IMG/VR virus record: IMGVR_UViG_3300046777_001470
Location: 1-42,147 of that record
Direction: 5' to 3' (one strand)
DNA from: a virus
Lineage: Duplodnaviria > Caudoviricetes
DNA length: 42,147 nt
Shown here: piece after piece, positions 39,306 to 42,147 of the stretch
How positions within the stretch are numbered: the stretch's first letter is position 1
Layout: the number at the start of each line of letters is the position of its first letter
Made by a program: the position numbers and the translations under genes
The notes under the pieces: model-generated
Database searches by the model: none
Seen by the model: only the letters and a program-made list of their open reading frames with translations
Told to the model about the DNA's origin: nothing

Positions 39306-39368
39306 TTTCAAAAATGGTATGTATGTTTTAAGTACTAGGTCAATTTCAAAAATGGTATGTATGTTTTA
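39306..39368. repeat. Perfect 25-bp direct repeat, two copies
   Basis: TTTCAAAAATGGTATGTATGTTTTA at 39306-39330 and 39344-39368, with a 13-bp spacer. Confidence 0.95.
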
Positions 39369-39390
39369 GGGACCTATACATAGCAGATCA

Positions 39391-39441
39391 CCCCCACGTA
39401 CGTACACGGGAAAACGCGTATACGCACACACGCGCACGCAT
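39391..39441. other. GC-rich alternating purine-pyrimidine tract with palindromes
   Basis: CACGTACGTACACG and the 28-nt ACGCGTATACGCACACACGCGCACGCAT; palindromes ACGTACGT and GCGTATACGC. Confidence 0.85.
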
Positions 39442-39747
39442 CCAGGTCAACTATCTTTGCTTCACTTACTTGCAATTAGTCACTTCACTAATTACTTGAT
39501 GTCATATAGGCTAACTTGTTGTATTTCAGTGATTTATATCCACGATTTGTAAATTATTTCACCCTTTACAACTAAGAAAAAACTAGTTATTTATGAACAC
39601 ATTTTTATCTTTTTAATCCTAGTTTAATTACGTTTTTTTACTCAATTTTTGACAAAATTTCGTATAATTGAAAAAAAATTTCATCATTGATTTTCTAGTA
39701 ATGACGGGACTTGTAGCTTATTCGATTGAATTCATGTAAAAAAAAAA

Positions 39748-39778
39748 TTTGCAGATGTAAAAAATTGATTTACCTTTG
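39748..39778 (+). promoter_or_regulatory. Full-consensus Bacteroidota sigma70 promoter (early)
   Basis: TTTG (39748-39751), 19-nt spacer, TACCTTTG (39771-39778); upstream A tract. Confidence 0.8.
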
Positions 39779-40099
39779 TGCCATGTTTGAAACGTCAAAC
39801 GCTTGTTGAGATAACACGCAAAAAAAATTGAAATGCTGAAATTTAGAAATTTAATTTAATAAGGGCTTGAGGGCTTCGGTTATTTTACCAATGTGCTACT
39901 TTGCACTAGCCACATACTCAACAATACTAACAAAGCAGGTATTTAATCCTTTCAAGGCAATTAACACTAGACTAGGCAATGACAAAAGCAGTACTTTTCA
40001 AAAGTCAGCTCGAAACTGCAAATGTAGGGGATACAAGCAAAGACCTCTAAAACTGAACCGAATTAAAAAATGGGGATGTTTGAATAAATATAGGCAACA

Positions 40100-40182
40100 A
40101 CGTATGAATGAACAGCAATTTAATTGCAAGGCGTGGCAAAAATAACTTTTGTCAGTGGTTCGACTCCACTCATACGGCTAAC
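40100..40182 (+). ncRNA. tRNA-like element 1 (acceptor-like stem + canonical T-arm, non-canonical interior)
   Basis: CGTATG/CATACG stem encloses two hairpins and AGTGG-TTCGACT-CCACT; followed by CTAAC; no CCA and no D-arm. Confidence 0.6.
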
Positions 40183-40199
40183 TTTTAATACATATAAAC

Positions 40200-40646
40200 A
40201 TGAGTAAATTAGTACAAAGCCCTGCGAAGGCAATCGAAAACAACGTTCCAACAACTACAACTAAAATTGTTGAGGCAAAAAAGCTAACAAAGTACGAGAA
40301 AACAAAGCAAAAATTCGAAACTTTAAAAAGCAAAAAAGATAAAACAACGACAGAGGTACGTTCATTAATGAGCGCGTACTTACAACTTGAAGATAAAACG
40401 CCATCGGCAATTTTTAACAAGTTGAAAAAGTCTTATGACAAAAGTAGTGAAATTTCAAGCGAGGTTAAACTTGCACTAGGCAAAAGTAAATTCCCAACTT
40501 ATCAAGAATTCATTACAAAATTGACTGCCAAAAACAAACAATGGTACTCAAATTGGGATGGAATTATAGTACTTACTTCTTTCAACAAGGTAGCAAAAAC
40601 AAATACCAAAGTTAAAAATCAAAACAAAAAAGAAGCTGCAAAGTAA
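40200..40646 (+). CDS. Early basic (Lys/Thr-rich) hypothetical protein, 148 aa
   Basis: First convincing ORF after the early promoter; followed by a terminator. Confidence 0.75.
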   Translation: MSKLVQSPAKAIENNVPTTTTKIVEAKKLTKYEKTKQKFETLKSKKDKTTTEVRSLMSAYLQLEDKTPSAIFNKLKKSYDKSSEISSEVKLALGKSKFPTYQEFITKLTAKNKQWYSNWDGIIVLTSFNKVAKTNTKVKNQNKKEAAK

Positions 40647-40674
40647 TTAATTAACCACTACGCAACAAAAATCC

Positions 40675-40701
40675 AGGGGGTGCATGACGTACCCCCTTTT
40701 T
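40675..40701 (+). terminator. Intrinsic terminator
   Basis: AGGGGGTGC-ATGAC-GTACCCCCT followed by a T run. Confidence 0.75.
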
Positions 40702-40746
40702 CATGCTCGGAGTTTACTAGGGTTCGATTCCCTAGCATGAACTAAC
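40700..40746 (+). ncRNA. tRNA-like element 2 (minihelix: 7-bp acceptor + 5-bp T-arm)
   Basis: TTCATGC-N11-TAGGG-TTCGATT-CCCTA-GCATGAA-CTAAC. Confidence 0.65.
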
Positions 40747-40761
40747 TTTAAATATATCATC

Positions 40762-40977
40762 ATGCCAACAAAATCAAAATTTATCGAAAAGTTCAGCCTT
40801 AATGCGAACTTACTAGCTAACAAAACGTACATCATTAAACCATCAGGTGCAGTGCAAATAAACCAATTTGTACCACTGAGTAAACTAATCAGAATGTACA
40901 AAGATCTCGTAGAAATTCACTATTCATACGACCTACCAACAGACGAAATATTCATCAGTACATTCGTACGCAAATAA
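40762..40977 (+). CDS. Early hypothetical protein, 71 aa
   Basis: ATG ORF with early-region codon style. Confidence 0.7.
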   Translation: MPTKSKFIEKFSLNANLLANKTYIIKPSGAVQINQFVPLSKLIRMYKDLVEIHYSYDLPTDEIFISTFVRK

Positions 40978-40984
40978 ACCGAAC

Positions 40985-41113
40985 ATGAAAACAATTAAGA
41001 AAACAATAAACCGAGTACTACCAAACGACAAAGACGCAAGAGAAGCACTGTATGGTGCAATATTCTTCATCATAGGATGCGTAATTCTAGCATCTATTGG
41101 AATAGTTGGGTGA
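40985..41113 (+). CDS. Small early single-pass membrane protein, 42 aa
   Basis: Not in the track: MKTIKKTINRVLPNDKDAREALYGAIFFIIGCVILASIGIVG; TGATG-coupled to the next gene. Confidence 0.7.
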   Translation: MKTIKKTINRVLPNDKDAREALYGAIFFIIGCVILASIGIVG

Positions 41114-41277
41114 TGGAAACATATAAAATATTTCGCGTGGTGGTGAATATACCAATGGGTACGGCATTGACTTTAAACATCAGTGCCGTTTCTCATTGGC
41201 ACGCCATCGATCAAGCTTATAACAAACTTTGTACGACACAAAGAGATAGAACACAATACAAAATAAAAAGGAGGTAA
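41113..41277 (+). CDS. Early hypothetical protein, 54 aa
   Basis: Start revised to METYK (TGATG overlap). Confidence 0.65.
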   Translation: METYKIFRVVVNIPMGTALTLNISAVSHWHAIDQAYNKLCTTQRDRTQYKIKRR

Positions 41278-41280
41278 CAA

Positions 41281-42096
41281 ATGAAAAAAGTATTCACAAA
41301 TTCAAGTGACGTAATTCACTTGTTCGCACAAAGAACACAAGACGAAGCGCGATGCTCGAATGTATTCTTCTATGGTAACACCATATATTCATACGGATAT
41401 CATTACACACTAGGACAATTTATAGACGACCATACAATTGTCATAAACGACTACGGATATTCACGAACAACACAAAAACATATATCAGAAATCAAATACG
41501 CAACAAGACAATACAAACAATTCTTCACCACCAATACAGACATTGACCACGTATCAAAACAAATCAAAATACTATCTAAAGCACTCGTTAAAGCACATAA
41601 ACCAGAGAAATATATCAACGATATCATAACTCGTTGGGATAAACTTAACGAATTCATCAAGTACAGAAAAGATAAAAACACACCGAAAGATACACGATAC
41701 AAAGACACAAAGAAAATAGTCAAGAACATAACAGATAACCTGGATGTATGGAAAGAAAAGATCCTCCAAGCTGACAAGAAAGAAAAACAACGCGAACAAA
41801 AACAAATCAAAGAACTATTAAACAAGTTCTATAACTACGAAATCAATTCATTCCGTAAAGGTGACAAAGATTATCTACGCATCAGCCTTGATGGTAACAA
41901 CATAGAAACAAATCAATACATCAAAGTATCAACGGAAGAAGCTAGAAAACTATACCAACTTATCATCAATGGAGTAGATATCAAAGGTCATAGAATCAGC
42001 AACTATACAGTGACATCCATAAACGGAACACTTAAAATCGGATGTCATAACATTGACATGGAATCAGTACACAAAGTAGGTAAACAATTAATATAA
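41281..42096 (+). CDS. Conserved phage early protein of unknown function, 271 aa
   Basis: IYSYGYHY...YSRTTQKH N-terminal motif seen in phage early genes; C-terminal LKIGCHNI. Confidence 0.75.
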   Translation: MKKVFTNSSDVIHLFAQRTQDEARCSNVFFYGNTIYSYGYHYTLGQFIDDHTIVINDYGYSRTTQKHISEIKYATRQYKQFFTTNTDIDHVSKQIKILSKALVKAHKPEKYINDIITRWDKLNEFIKYRKDKNTPKDTRYKDTKKIVKNITDNLDVWKEKILQADKKEKQREQKQIKELLNKFYNYEINSFRKGDKDYLRISLDGNNIETNQYIKVSTEEARKLYQLIINGVDIKGHRISNYTVTSINGTLKIGCHNIDMESVHKVGKQLI

Positions 42097-42100
42097 TATC

Positions 42101-42147
42101 ATGAAACAATACAGATTTACAGGATTCGCACACGATAAAAGCGTAAT
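42101..42147 (+). CDS. Start of the next early gene (truncated by the window)
   Basis: ATG AAA CAA TAC AGA TTT... begins 4 nt after the previous stop and stays open to the window end. Confidence 0.5.
   Translation, partial: MKQYRFTGFAHDKSV

Noticed and set aside
39306-39368. Mini CRISPR array
   Set aside because: Only two repeats with a 13-bp spacer and no cas operon. The PD-(D/E)XK nuclease is a common stand-alone phage gene.
39867-40145. 92 aa plus-strand ORF in the early leader
   Set aside because: TTG start, no recognisable motif, composition unlike neighbouring early genes, and it overlaps the tRNA-like structure.
40100-40182. Canonical or suppressor tRNA gene
   Set aside because: No D-arm or conserved GG, no proper 5-bp anticodon stem with U33, and no CCA; kept only as a tRNA-like element.
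40178-41825. Minus-strand ORFs 40178-40420, 40701-40901, 41451-41825 and 41572-41805
   Set aside because: Antisense shadows of the plus-strand early genes.
1-42147. Stop-codon reassignment as in some crAss-like phages
   Set aside because: Standard code gives long, tightly packed ORFs, and TAG and TGA both end genes. The only break found is a frame change, not an in-frame stop.

Overview
This 42 kb AT-rich window is part of a tailed dsDNA bacteriophage genome with podovirus-type, crAss-like structural organisation. The host is very probably a Bacteroidota/Flavobacteriia bacterium, because TAnnTTTG sigma70 promoters sit upstream of many genes and the leaders are AT-rich without obvious SD sequences. 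About 39 kb is a minus-strand late module. In order it holds an HNH gene, a RepL-like gene, small basic proteins, the large terminase, an inverted three-gene PD-(D/E)XK nuclease cassette, a probable auxiliary capsid protein, portal, scaffold and major capsid. After these come three tail ring/adaptor proteins, small basic proteins with an inserted HNH homing endonuclease, a 1532 aa tail nozzle and internal/ejection proteins. The module ends with a ferritin, a frameshift-split polyvalent protein carrying an ADP-ribosyltransferase-like domain, and Cys-rich tail/adhesion proteins. A ~1.2 kb mostly non-coding divergence region with a direct repeat and an alternating purine-pyrimidine tract precedes a plus-strand early module. 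Most notable findings: (1) two tRNA-like acceptor-stem/T-arm elements with a shared CTAAC tail directly upstream of consecutive early genes; (2) a free-standing HNH endonuclease that apparently replaced the 3' end of its target gene and left the original end stranded; (3) a ferritin translationally coupled between ejection-protein genes; (4) a +1 frameshift that would join the ART-like gene to the 1459 aa ORF, giving ~2108 aa. All product calls come from motif recognition and gene order, not database searches.
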